DNA from: an uncultured bacterium
Lineage (GTDB): Bacteria > JAGOEH01
Length of the DNA: 64,000 nucleotides
Direction of reading: 5' to 3'
Assembly (NCBI GenBank): GCA_964632485.1
Contig: CAZWDO010000006.1
Span: 1 to 64,000 of the forward strand
Shown here: positions 37,909-47,849 of the stretch, one piece after another
Position numbering within the stretch: the first letter of the stretch is position 1
Layout of the letters: every line of letters starts with the position of its first letter
Translations under genes and position numbers: made by a program
The notes under the pieces: generated by a model
What the model saw: only the letters and a program-made list of their open reading frames with translations
What the model was told of the DNA's origin: nothing
Databases searched by the model: none

Positions 37909-39255
37909 TTATTCCCGCTGTTGGCTGTCCAGATATTGTTGCTCCCAATCAGGATTGTGAAATTCTCCAGGGGCGTTTGAATGTACCAGTTGATAGGAGT
38001 CGAACCCCCATACATCCATAAATACAAAAAAAATACCGCCAGGTTGGAAGTAATGCCATATTTCGTATGCCCGATTATTGGCAATTCGTTGGGATCGTTC
38101 GATTTCATCAGGGGGTCCATATTGAAAATATATGCGGCACCTATCCGCGCTTGCATCGTTTTTTTCAGTTTCCTTGAAATGCTGTTCGCAATATGCCAGT
38201 TTGTCTTTAAAGGATTGAAAATCTTCATTGTCGGGGGTGGATCGATCCGGGTCCCGTAAACGCCAGAACTCTTTGATAAATGAGCGTTTCCCTCTTTCGG
38301 TGAGGGATTCATAGGCCTTGATCTGTTCACGGTTAAGGAGGATATGCATCCGGCGGAAAAGAGTGTCCAGCGCGGGTTCCGCCATAGAATCGAATGGCAT
38401 GGGGTCTATATAGGCGAGATTATCCGGGTCTTCCTGCCAGGGTCCTTTGATGAAGGTAAAATCGGTATGTTGGGTCCTTGATTGGGTATCCTCTCCGACT
38501 ATTTTCACTTCGACAATCAATCGGTAATGTCCGCTTTTTAAGCCCAATAAGTTGTAGCCAAGGGTTTCAAGTTGGGTCTCCTCGACAATTGGCTTCAATT
38601 TCTGTTCAATCTGACGCTTTGACTGAGTGGCCAAATCCACTAGAAGATATGTTATTTCGTAGTTTTTTGATTGTTGAGGGAGATTGTAGATTTCCATATA
38701 TGTATAAATTAGCGGATATTCGATGGCAAAGACGTGAAACGGATTTGGAATCAGACGGTAGTGGTATCGTGTGAACTTATCGGGAGATGATTGAGTTTGT
38801 AAATGGATATTAACGTTTAGGGTGGAAACGGATAATGAGTCTTTCCCGTAATCGGGAACGGTAACGGTTTGCAAAAGTGATCCAGTGTTTGGATTCGTCT
38901 CATCTTCGATAGCTAATCGGCATTCGTAAATGCCGGCCTGCAGTTTGATGGATGTTTTTTCCAGCAGCCATTGATGGGGACGTATCGATTCCTGGCGTGA
39001 AATTGAATCGGTTTGGGCTATTTTCAGGTCAGCAATTAGCTTGGAATCTTGAAATATTTCGAGTTTCCAGAAAAAATGGCATACTTCAAGTTGGTTTCCC
39101 TGAAAATAATGCAGCGCGGAGCGGCGGACGCCCATTGAGAATTCTAAGAGACTGGTATCTCCAGTCTCTCGATAGGCTGCATAATCAAGCGCAACAGGGT
39201 TGGAACTTAGGGTTCCAACCCAGGCGAAGAGTATAATGACAGCGATTAAACGCAT
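37909..39255 (-). CDS. GWxTD domain-containing exported protein
   Basis: FWRLRDPDRSTPDNE, DR.RIY.QYGPPDEIER, YEIWHY, FVFMD..G, LVHSNAPGE..NPDW. Confidence 0.85.
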   Translation of the reverse strand: MRLIAVIILFAWVGTLSSNPVALDYAAYRETGDTSLLEFSMGVRRSALHYFQGNQLEVCHFFWKLEIFQDSKLIADLKIAQTDSISRQESIRPHQWLLEKTSIKLQAGIYECRLAIEDETNPNTGSLLQTVTVPDYGKDSLSVSTLNVNIHLQTQSSPDKFTRYHYRLIPNPFHVFAIEYPLIYTYMEIYNLPQQSKNYEITYLLVDLATQSKRQIEQKLKPIVEETQLETLGYNLLGLKSGHYRLIVEVKIVGEDTQSRTQHTDFTFIKGPWQEDPDNLAYIDPMPFDSMAEPALDTLFRRMHILLNREQIKAYESLTERGKRSFIKEFWRLRDPDRSTPDNEDFQSFKDKLAYCEQHFKETEKNDASADRCRIYFQYGPPDEIERSQRIANNRAYEIWHYFQPGGIFFVFMDVWGFDSYQLVHSNAPGEFHNPDWEQQYLDSQQRE

Positions 39256-40442
39256 TAAGGCCGGCTGTAATAGGGCGCGCCGGCAGTTTTCATATTGACG
39301 CGGAAAATGCCTTGCAGTGCGGTATTGGTTTCATTACGGCAGATGAGATAGGCATAGACTTGATTTCCCCAGATGATCGCGTGAGTGGTTGCCTGAAGCA
39401 CGCCGGGATAATAGGGAGCCCAGCTTCCATCGCTCGCTACGCGAATCATGGCGACTTCATCGTTGGTGCCGATCAGCAGATTACCTGTTGCGTCAAACGT
39501 CATGCATTTGATTTCGGCGCTGTCCATGGCTGCTGTCCAGTTGAACCAGTTCTCGCGCGTTCCCAACTGCCCGGCGCTTTGAATCGGGTTCCGCCAGACG
39601 GCGACGCTGTTATCGGCGCGGTCGATCGCCGCGGCGTACACATAATTGCCGAATACCCGTATCTGAGTGATAATCGAGTTGGGGTAATCCGCTGCATTAG
39701 TGGCGGCGCCTTCTTTGGTAATATAGTACATGACGTCATTTTTTCCTCCGGCATACATCCCCAAGTTCGAATCATAATCGAAACAGTAAATAGAGCCGGG
39801 TGCGGTGATCCACTTTTCATCCTTGGTCATTTGGGCCTTGACGCGGTTAATAATCTTGGTAGTGCGGGCCAGATAGAGATATCCGTCGGGGCCGAATTTC
39901 ATATCACTGGGTGTATAGGTGGTGAGGGGAACCCAACTCGTTGACACGCCATCGGTATTGACAATATAGACTTGCTTTGAAGTTGCGTCGACAACATAAA
40001 GGTTTTCATCGCTATCGCATTCGATGGCATAAGGGTCGAGGCGATCATCAAAATCCCCGTAACGGCTGATGGTTACCTTAATGGAATAATTTACAATGTT
40101 GCTGAATCCGATAGCACCTTTTGTAGCGACTTTGACAGGTAGTGCATCTCCCGTCACAGTCGGCGCGATCAGGCGGATCTCGGTAGTGGATGAGCTTATT
40201 ATTTCTGCGGTGGATTGTCCGATTACAATAGTATTGTCCTCATTGTTTAAAGAGAAATTGTTCCCGGTAATTGTTATTTCATCGACGCCGGAGAGGGCTC
40301 CTTCAGCGGGAGATATCGATTCAATGACCGGGTTGCTGTTGTAGGCTTTGTTTTCGTCGTAAACACTGACCGGATCGTCCTGGCTGCAATTTAGAATCAT
40401 TAAATTCACGAACAGTAACGTTAAAATTGAAGATATACGCAT
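39255..40442 (-). CDS. Lipoprotein with an IPT/TIG domain and a beta-propeller
   Basis: Lipobox MILNC; PVIESISP...ITITGNNFS; propeller-like D.DENLYV and FGPDGYLY repeats. Confidence 0.85.
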   Translation of the reverse strand: MRISSILTLLFVNLMILNCSQDDPVSVYDENKAYNSNPVIESISPAEGALSGVDEITITGNNFSLNNEDNTIVIGQSTAEIISSSTTEIRLIAPTVTGDALPVKVATKGAIGFSNIVNYSIKVTISRYGDFDDRLDPYAIECDSDENLYVVDATSKQVYIVNTDGVSTSWVPLTTYTPSDMKFGPDGYLYLARTTKIINRVKAQMTKDEKWITAPGSIYCFDYDSNLGMYAGGKNDVMYYITKEGAATNAADYPNSIITQIRVFGNYVYAAAIDRADNSVAVWRNPIQSAGQLGTRENWFNWTAAMDSAEIKCMTFDATGNLLIGTNDEVAMIRVASDGSWAPYYPGVLQATTHAIIWGNQVYAYLICRNETNTALQGIFRVNMKTAGAPYYSRP

Positions 40443-40499
40443 CTTTGCCTCCCGGCTTATGGGTTAATTTTGTTGTGTCGAAACCATCTTTAAATTTAA

Positions 40500-40589
40500 A
40501 AGATAAATTAATAGATTAAAAAAAGCAAGAAAAAAAAAATATTTAAAAAAAATTTTTGTCTTGACAAAATTTATCTTGTAAACTATCTT
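40500..40589. promoter_or_regulatory. Divergent sigma-70-type promoters of the TonB locus
   Basis: Minus strand TTGCTT-N17-TATCTT (40528-40500); plus strand TTGACA-N17-TATCTT (40561-40589); separated by A/T tracts. Confidence 0.6.
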
Positions 40590-40637
40590 AATAAACAAAG
40601 ATTTTAACTTGGTAACCTTCAAACTTTAGGAGACCTT

Positions 40638-41378
40638 ATGAGTTTTAGACGGTTTCGTTTTTATTTTTGGATTGGGTTGTCCCTGGCGCTTATTGCGGGG
40701 TGTGAAAAATACCAGGAAGAGAGCTACCATATTTCTTCCCTGGATGATCAGTCTTGTGATAAACTGCACGCCACGTTTCGAATTGATACCGTATGGTCAG
40801 CCGATTCTTCGAGCATTGCTCGTCTGGACACGCTTCCGGTAGGCGATACCGTAAAGTCGGTGGCCTATTCTCAGTTCAGTGAGTGGTTTATGCTAATCGA
40901 TACGATTCGTGATTCCACCCAAACTCCACCTAAGGATTCCATCTGGATTCATTATTCGGTAACTCAGGATTCCTTGCGATATAATCTGCCCCTTGTTTGG
41001 GATTCGATTTTTAACTGTGGAGAGAAACGTGACAGTGTCGCGTACTATTTTCCCAACGCGCTTATCACCGCCGGCCAGGCCTCTTTTATCAATCTTTCGC
41101 GCTTTAATGATTCTACTTATTTACTTTTGAACGTTTTAACTGAAGCGAACTATGTGATCTATGCCAGCAACTACCTGACGGTTGCGCTTATCGGCGAGGA
41201 TGGCGAGGTTTATGGATCAGACAGGGAGGCGATTGAATTGGAAACGATATTCGAGTGTCCCGTAGTTCGTTCAAGATATGAATTTATTTTGAAGCCGCAA
41301 AAGTATTTGATCTCTTTGATGCGCCATGACAAAACCGTGGGATATCAGTTTTATATCCTGCTTCAGCAAGAACAGTAG
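40638..41378 (+). CDS. Hypothetical lipoprotein rich in D-S/T
   Basis: Lipobox LIAGC; RBS AGGAG; first gene of the operon. Confidence 0.8.
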   Translation: MSFRRFRFYFWIGLSLALIAGCEKYQEESYHISSLDDQSCDKLHATFRIDTVWSADSSSIARLDTLPVGDTVKSVAYSQFSEWFMLIDTIRDSTQTPPKDSIWIHYSVTQDSLRYNLPLVWDSIFNCGEKRDSVAYYFPNALITAGQASFINLSRFNDSTYLLLNVLTEANYVIYASNYLTVALIGEDGEVYGSDREAIELETIFECPVVRSRYEFILKPQKYLISLMRHDKTVGYQFYILLQQEQ

Positions 41379-41389
41379 GAGCGATAACC

Positions 41390-42382
41390 ATGAATAAAAA
41401 GTTGTTAGTAATGATTACAGCCTTATCTCTGTGTTTTAGTACATCCCTATTAGCCCGGGATAAATTAGCGCAGACGGGGATGATGTTTTTGAACATTGGA
41501 GTGGATGCCCGCGCCGCGGGGATGGGTGAGGCGGTAACGAGTTTGAATCTGGGATCAGCGTCCCAGTTTTATAATCCGGCAGGATTGGCGGCAATGACGG
41601 AGTTTACGGATATATCATTTACTCATATAAAATGGTTTGCGGATATGAAGCTCAACGCTTTCAGCGCTTCCTTCAGTCCCTCACTCGGCAAATACGGGGT
41701 TTTTGGCATTTCGTTTGTTAATATTGATTATGGTGATGTTGAAGGGACGATGGTCTGGCAAAATCCGGATGGATTTATCGATACAGAGATTCTCAAACCC
41801 GCGGCGATGGCGATTGGCTTGAGTTATGCGCGTAAACTCTCGGATAAGTTCGCGGTAGGCGGCCAGGTGCGGTATGTGAGTGAAAATCTGGGTAAAAGTA
41901 TTATTGAGAATTTGGATCAAAGCACGGATTTAAAGAAGAATTTAGCCAATGCTCTGGCGTTTGATTTCGGTACTCAGTATTTTACCGGATTTAAAAGCCT
42001 GATATTCAGCATGTCGGTCAAGAATTTTTCCCAGGAAATAAAATATGAAACCGAGGGATTCCAGTTGCCTTTGTTATTTCGCATCGGGTTTTCGCTCAAT
42101 CTGATGGATTTTATGTCCATGGACTGGCAACGCTCCCATGCATTATGGCTCAATCTGGATGCGTTGCATCCCCGTTCTCATTCGGAACAGCTAAACGCAG
42201 GGCTTGAGTACTGCTTGCTGAATATGCTTTATTTACGTTCCGGCTATTTACTGAATTATGACGACTGCGGCTTCAGCTATGGATTTGGCTTGCGTAAATA
42301 CAACCTCGCTATCGATTATGCCTATACTCCCTTTGATATACTCGATAATGTTCAACGTATAACCATCCGCTTGTTTTACTAA
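41390..42382 (+). CDS. PorV/PorQ-like (UPF0164) outer-membrane beta-barrel
   Basis: FLNIGVDARAAGMGEA, FYNPAGLA, FDFG, LPLLFRIG, LRSGY and IDYAY. Confidence 0.88.
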   Translation: MNKKLLVMITALSLCFSTSLLARDKLAQTGMMFLNIGVDARAAGMGEAVTSLNLGSASQFYNPAGLAAMTEFTDISFTHIKWFADMKLNAFSASFSPSLGKYGVFGISFVNIDYGDVEGTMVWQNPDGFIDTEILKPAAMAIGLSYARKLSDKFAVGGQVRYVSENLGKSIIENLDQSTDLKKNLANALAFDFGTQYFTGFKSLIFSMSVKNFSQEIKYETEGFQLPLLFRIGFSLNLMDFMSMDWQRSHALWLNLDALHPRSHSEQLNAGLEYCLLNMLYLRSGYLLNYDDCGFSYGFGLRKYNLAIDYAYTPFDILDNVQRITIRLFY

Positions 42383-42401
42383 GTCTAAGGAGGCATAAGT
42401 T

Positions 42402-45400
42402 ATGAATAAATATTTAATCTGCGGGCTGATTTTTGCGCTCTCCCTGGGGCGTTTAATGGCAGGTACCGGCGGTAAGATTGCTGGCAGGATCATTGATTCT
42501 GAAACAGGTGAAGGGTTACCCAGTGTGAATGTTATAATTTTTGCGCAATGGCTGGAGAACAATGAAAATGAGTTAGCTACCAAGATCGGCGCGGCTTCCG
42601 ATATGGAAGGGTATTTTCGAATTTTGAATCTGTCGCCGGGAGAATATACTGTCAAGATGTCCATGATGGGATATGCCCCGTATGTGGTACAGCATGTTAA
42701 AGTTCAGATTGATTTGACCACGCCCTTGAATATCCAGTTGACTCCGCAGGCCATGATGGGCAAGGAAGTTGTCGTTGTGGCTCAGCGGGCGATTGTGACG
42801 AAGGACATTTCCAACAGCCAGATGAATGTAGAATCGAAAGCGTTGAAAACTCTTCCTGTGCAGAATGTCAACCAGGTTGTTACGCTCCAGGCGGGTATTC
42901 AAAAAGGAACCGAAGGCATGGAAGTCCGGGGCGGCAGCGCCAACCAAACCGCTTTTTTAATCGATGGGTTATCAATGAACGACGAACGCTCGAATATTCC
43001 TTATTCCGCTGTTAGTCTCAGTTCAATCCAGGAGATTCAGATACAGACCGGCGGTTTTAACGCCGAGTATGGGAATGTGCGATCCGGATTGGTGAATGTT
43101 GTTACCCGCGATGGTGAAACCAATCGGTATAGCGGCACGTTTAACCTCCGCTACGCTCCCCCGCAGAAGAAGCATTTTGGCATTTCCCTCTATGATCCCA
43201 ATTCATTTTTCAACCGTCCCTATATGGATCCCGATGTATGCTGGACGGGCACTAAAAATGGGAATTGGGATGCATTCACACAAAAACAGTATTACTCGTT
43301 TGAAGGCTGGAATACCGTCGCGGAAAAAACATTGCGGGATGACGACCCCACCAATGATTTGACCCCTGAAGGCGCGAAACGGGTCTATGAATGGCAACGC
43401 CGTCGTAAGGGTGATATCGACAAAAGCGATTATGTCATCGATTTGGGAGTGGGCGGGTATATTCCCTGGCTAACGCCCAAATTGGGAAACCTGCGTTTTT
43501 TTGTTTCCTATTTTGATGAACGTAATATGTTGATTTATCCTTTATCCCGCGACAGCTATCATAACCGGCATACACAATTGAAACTGACGTCTGATATCAC
43601 CGGAAATATTAAGTTGACATTATCCGGATTATACGGAGAAGTCTATTCAGTTTCTCCGTATAACTGGACGACCACCCCGACTGGCCGAGTACTACAGGAT
43701 AATAGTGAAATCGCGGATCTGCTTTCGACAACGGATGGTTCTGCGATGTTATATGTCCCGGCCTATTATAGCCCGTCAGCCATCTACCGCAGCATGATCG
43801 GGTTGAAACTGACCCATGTACTGAGTGAGCCCACATATTATGAGGTGAGTCTGCAATACAATGCGAACCGTTACCGCACCACCCAGATGGAACTGCGCGA
43901 TACATCCAAAGTAAATGAAGTCCTACCAGGCTATTTTTTGGATGAAGCTCCTTTTGGGTACTGGGGATATGGTACGGGCGGCATTGAAGGCGTTATGCGC
44001 ACCGGTGGCTGGCAGAATCTGGGCCGCGATCATAGCGACAACTCTACGATTCAGAGCCATTTTGATTTGACCAGCCAGATCAATCGCCATAACCAGATAA
44101 AAACCGGTTTAAGTTTTGCATTGAATGATTACGATATTAATTCCACTACCTTCAGCCCTTCAATGGATACCTGGACCCGCTCGATGATCTATCATGTTAC
44201 CCCGTATCGGTTGGGCGCTTATTTTCAGGACAAGATGGAATTCGAAGGATTTATCGCCAATATAGGCATGCGGTTGGATTTATCCGATCCCAACTCCGAT
44301 CAATTTGTTCTTTCTGATTATGATAAATACTACAAAGCCGGTTATGGCAAGTTGCTTGAAGAAGAAGTACCTGAAACAAAAGTTGATCCTAAATGGAATC
44401 TTTCACCCCGGCTGGGTGTTTCCCATCCTATTTCGGAGAATTCCAAACTCTATTTCAATTACGGCCATTTCCAATCGGAACCCTCATCCACTTATCGCTT
44501 CCGTTTACAGCGGGAGAGCAGTGGTCTGGTAACGTATATCGGGAACCCGAACCTCGGGTTGGAACGCACGATCGCCTATGAGCTGGGTTATGCCCATAAT
44601 TTATTTAATATGTTTCTTCTCAACCTGGCCGCCTATTATAAAGATGTAACTAACCAGATCAATTGGATATATTACCAGAATATCAATTCTTCAGTGCAAT
44701 ATTATAAAACAGCCAACAACAATTATGCTGATATCCGCGGATTTGAAATTACATTGACCAAGCGAGTCGGTAAATGGATGACTGGATTTATCAACTATAC
44801 CTATGATGTGCAAGCTAATGGGTATTTTGATATTCAGAGATATTATGAGGATCCCAATGCCCAGCGTAATTATTTGAAGGATAACCCGTATGTGACGAAA
44901 GCCGAACCTCGGCCCTATGCGCGCGCCAATCTGGAATTTCATACGCCCTCGAAGTGGGGACCGCAATGGCTGAGTGATTTTCCGCTGGCGGAATGGACGA
45001 TGAATCTATTAGTGGATTGGAAAACGGGTAGTTATACAACCTATAATCCGCAGAATATTTTATTTGTAAAAAATAATGTTCAATGGCGCGATTGGTTCAA
45101 TGTGGACCTCCGGCTTTCTAAAATCATCCATATCCGCAAATTTGATGTTCAGTTCTATCTCGATGTGGAAAATCTATTGAATCTCAAACATCTGAATTAT
45201 GCCGGATTTGCCGATAACTATGATTACCAGTACTACATGGAATCGCTTCACTTTTCCTGGGAATCTGGCGTGGAAAAGGGGAGTGACCGCATTGGCGATT
45301 ATCGCAAACCCGGAGTGGAATATCAACCGGTGAAAGAAGCGGCTACATTAACTGAAATTAAAATACCGGATCCGACTGCCTATTATTATATTAAAACAAC

Positions 45401-45563
45401 GGATGAATGGATGCAATATAATAACAATGCATGGGAAACGATTGACAAAAATATGGTCGATAACGTCCTCGATGATAAGGCTTACATCGATATGCCCAAT
45501 ATCTCGTCCGTGACATTTCTCAATCCCCGTCGATTCACCTTTGGCATTCGCTTCAATTTTTAA
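42402..45563 (+). CDS. TonB-dependent receptor with an N-terminal carboxypeptidase-regulatory-like domain
   Basis: GKIAGRIIDSETGEGLP; plug VRGG...IDG...TGGFNAEYG; SPRLGVSHPI; GNPNL..ERT; terminal RFNF. Confidence 0.93.
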   Translation: MNKYLICGLIFALSLGRLMAGTGGKIAGRIIDSETGEGLPSVNVIIFAQWLENNENELATKIGAASDMEGYFRILNLSPGEYTVKMSMMGYAPYVVQHVKVQIDLTTPLNIQLTPQAMMGKEVVVVAQRAIVTKDISNSQMNVESKALKTLPVQNVNQVVTLQAGIQKGTEGMEVRGGSANQTAFLIDGLSMNDERSNIPYSAVSLSSIQEIQIQTGGFNAEYGNVRSGLVNVVTRDGETNRYSGTFNLRYAPPQKKHFGISLYDPNSFFNRPYMDPDVCWTGTKNGNWDAFTQKQYYSFEGWNTVAEKTLRDDDPTNDLTPEGAKRVYEWQRRRKGDIDKSDYVIDLGVGGYIPWLTPKLGNLRFFVSYFDERNMLIYPLSRDSYHNRHTQLKLTSDITGNIKLTLSGLYGEVYSVSPYNWTTTPTGRVLQDNSEIADLLSTTDGSAMLYVPAYYSPSAIYRSMIGLKLTHVLSEPTYYEVSLQYNANRYRTTQMELRDTSKVNEVLPGYFLDEAPFGYWGYGTGGIEGVMRTGGWQNLGRDHSDNSTIQSHFDLTSQINRHNQIKTGLSFALNDYDINSTTFSPSMDTWTRSMIYHVTPYRLGAYFQDKMEFEGFIANIGMRLDLSDPNSDQFVLSDYDKYYKAGYGKLLEEEVPETKVDPKWNLSPRLGVSHPISENSKLYFNYGHFQSEPSSTYRFRLQRESSGLVTYIGNPNLGLERTIAYELGYAHNLFNMFLLNLAAYYKDVTNQINWIYYQNINSSVQYYKTANNNYADIRGFEITLTKRVGKWMTGFINYTYDVQANGYFDIQRYYEDPNAQRNYLKDNPYVTKAEPRPYARANLEFHTPSKWGPQWLSDFPLAEWTMNLLVDWKTGSYTTYNPQNILFVKNNVQWRDWFNVDLRLSKIIHIRKFDVQFYLDVENLLNLKHLNYAGFADNYDYQYYMESLHFSWESGVEKGSDRIGDYRKPGVEYQPVKEAATLTEIKIPDPTAYYYIKTTDEWMQYNNNAWETIDKNMVDNVLDDKAYIDMPNISSVTFLNPRRFTFGIRFNF

Positions 45564-45582
45564 TGAAACAACAAAGAGGAAG

Positions 45583-47727
45583 ATGATGAAAATAATCAAA
45601 ATTTTTATGCTGCTGATCTGCTCTCTGATATTTGTGAATACAAGTTGGGGACAGGTTGAAGGAACCGAGCGGCGTTATTTGCGGTTAGGTGAATTACAGC
45701 ATTTTTACAGCGCCTACGGCACTGAACGCGCCTGGAATAATGTGTACTATGAGGGGTTGATGTGGCCGGCTGATTATACCAAGCAGGATAATTTCGTCAT
45801 ACAGCGGGCATGGGTTGGATGCGAGGAGTTCACCGATCAGTATAATGAGTATTGGAGCCATTATTGCAGTATGTTTCTGATTGATTATGTCGGCAGAAGC
45901 CTATTCCCGGTCGAGCTGAAAGAAACCGCTAAATTTGAGCGCCCCCCGGTATATGTTACCACCGCCAACGGGTTGACGGATATTACCCAGCCCTATCGCG
46001 CCGATGTTGATGAACTCAATGAAGATCAACCTTCTGATTTGATGATCAGTAATGTAATCAATACCTATATGGGAGTGACGGTTACCCGGCGTTTATACAA
46101 GTTTTCACAACAATATCATGATAATTATATTATCAGGGAGATTGTGATCAAGAATACCGGCAATACGGATTATGATGATGATATTGAATTGAATGCCACT
46201 GTAAAAGGATTTCGGCTGAGTTGGGCAATTCGTTACAGTCTGGGCCGTCGGGGCGCTGAATTGGTCAGCGGCGGTCAGGTATGGGGCCAGAATTCCTGGG
46301 TGACGCGTCGGGGAGAAGATTATGCGTCGCATGTGGGAGAAGCGATTACTGAAACCAATCCAATTGTTGACTGGCTGCGTTGCGCATTTTCATGGATCGG
46401 CCAAAACAGCGCCAACAGTTATGATAACTGGGGCGGGCCTGATTTAACGACGAATGGAATGCTGTACGGCCCCCAACACGCGGGTATCGTGACGCTGCAT
46501 GTGGATAAAAGCGCCAGCGATAAAAGCGATGATCCTGATCAACCGGTCTGCTTAGGGTGGCATTCCGGCGATGATTATGCTTCAACCGGGGATCTGACGG
46601 ATATTACTCAAATGGATAAAGCCTATAGCTATATTAGCGGTAATCCCTATCCCGATGCTTCTAAAGGCGGAACGGATCGATTTTATGAAAAATACCATGC
46701 GACAAATCCCAGCCCCTGGACGGTTCATGGCAATGGTGGCGGCACGAATATCTGGTTTTGTTACGGCCCGTTTGATCTGGCCCCCGGCGACAGCGTGACG
46801 ATCATTGAGGCCGAAGCCGTGGCGGGGCTGAGCCGCCAGGAATGCGAACGCGTGGGTATCCGTTGGAAAAAAGCGAAGGATGACACCAGCGATAAAGGGC
46901 CCTTCATCCTACCTGACGGGCTGACGACGGACGATAAAGACATATTTAAAAATGATTGGGTCTCTACCGGTGTCGATTCGATTATGCAGACTTTTGGACG
47001 CGCGAAACGCAACTTTGATCTGAATTATCAAATCCCTCAACCCCCCAGCCCTCCGAGCTTTTTTAAAGTTGAATCCGGCGGCGACCGCATCAGTATCTCG
47101 TGGGGCGACAGTCCTGATAACCAAAACCCGGATTTTGCCGGGTACCGTTTATTCCGCGCTGTCGGAAAACCGGACACCACCTATGAAATGGTCTTTGAAT
47201 GCGATCCCAGTGTGACTGAATATTCCGATGTTTCGGCTATCCGGGGGTTTTCGTACTATTATTATATCGTCGCGTTCACTCATGGAGCCGATAATGCGAC
47301 CGGTCAGGCAAATCCTACCGGCGAACTGGTCAGCAACCGTTTCTATACCAAGACCACCGAAGGCGTCTATCTATTACGCGCCGAGGGAGATGCTCTGGAT
47401 GATATTCGTATCGTTCCCAATCCCTATCATATTCGCGCCCGTAATATGCAATATCCCGGCGAACAGGATAAAATCATGTTTCTCAATATTCCCGGACATT
47501 GTACAATACGGATTTTTACACCCAACGGAGATCTGGTACAAACCATTCATCATGAGGATGGATCTGGCGACCAAACCTGGAATTCAGTGACCTCTTCCCG
47601 CCAGGTCGTGGTCAGCGGCGTCTATCTGGTTCATGTGGAAGTTACCCAGGATTCGCATGATGAGAGAGGCAATATTAAATTTCGCAAAGGTGATACGATT
47701 ATCAAACGGATGATTATCATCCGCTAA
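45583..47727 (+). CDS. Exported protein with an FN3 domain and a C-terminal FlgD/T9SS-sorting-like domain
   Basis: Signal peptide; FN3-like ISISW..FAGYRLFR..YYYIVAF; C-terminal IRIVPNPY..IRIFT.NGDLV..WN..VVSGVY..IIIR. Confidence 0.82.
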   Translation: MMKIIKIFMLLICSLIFVNTSWGQVEGTERRYLRLGELQHFYSAYGTERAWNNVYYEGLMWPADYTKQDNFVIQRAWVGCEEFTDQYNEYWSHYCSMFLIDYVGRSLFPVELKETAKFERPPVYVTTANGLTDITQPYRADVDELNEDQPSDLMISNVINTYMGVTVTRRLYKFSQQYHDNYIIREIVIKNTGNTDYDDDIELNATVKGFRLSWAIRYSLGRRGAELVSGGQVWGQNSWVTRRGEDYASHVGEAITETNPIVDWLRCAFSWIGQNSANSYDNWGGPDLTTNGMLYGPQHAGIVTLHVDKSASDKSDDPDQPVCLGWHSGDDYASTGDLTDITQMDKAYSYISGNPYPDASKGGTDRFYEKYHATNPSPWTVHGNGGGTNIWFCYGPFDLAPGDSVTIIEAEAVAGLSRQECERVGIRWKKAKDDTSDKGPFILPDGLTTDDKDIFKNDWVSTGVDSIMQTFGRAKRNFDLNYQIPQPPSPPSFFKVESGGDRISISWGDSPDNQNPDFAGYRLFRAVGKPDTTYEMVFECDPSVTEYSDVSAIRGFSYYYYIVAFTHGADNATGQANPTGELVSNRFYTKTTEGVYLLRAEGDALDDIRIVPNPYHIRARNMQYPGEQDKIMFLNIPGHCTIRIFTPNGDLVQTIHHEDGSGDQTWNSVTSSRQVVVSGVYLVHVEVTQDSHDERGNIKFRKGDTIIKRMIIIR

Positions 47728-47754
47728 TCAGTATAAATTATTAAATTAGCAACG

Positions 47755-47782
47755 GCGCCGGGAAATCAATCTCGGCGCTTTT
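47755..47782 (+). terminator. Intrinsic terminator of the TonB operon
   Basis: GCGCCGGGA...TCTCGGCGC followed by TTTT. Confidence 0.7.
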
Positions 47783-47849
47783 GCATTGGTACTATATGAT
47801 TTTTCATATTATTTACAGATAACTTTATTGTCGTGATAATGGGCCTGAT

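Noticed and set aside
39312-39944. 210-aa plus-strand ORF (and similar ORFs at 5378, 16373, 62712)
   Set aside because: Antisense to well-supported genes, with no motifs or RBS.
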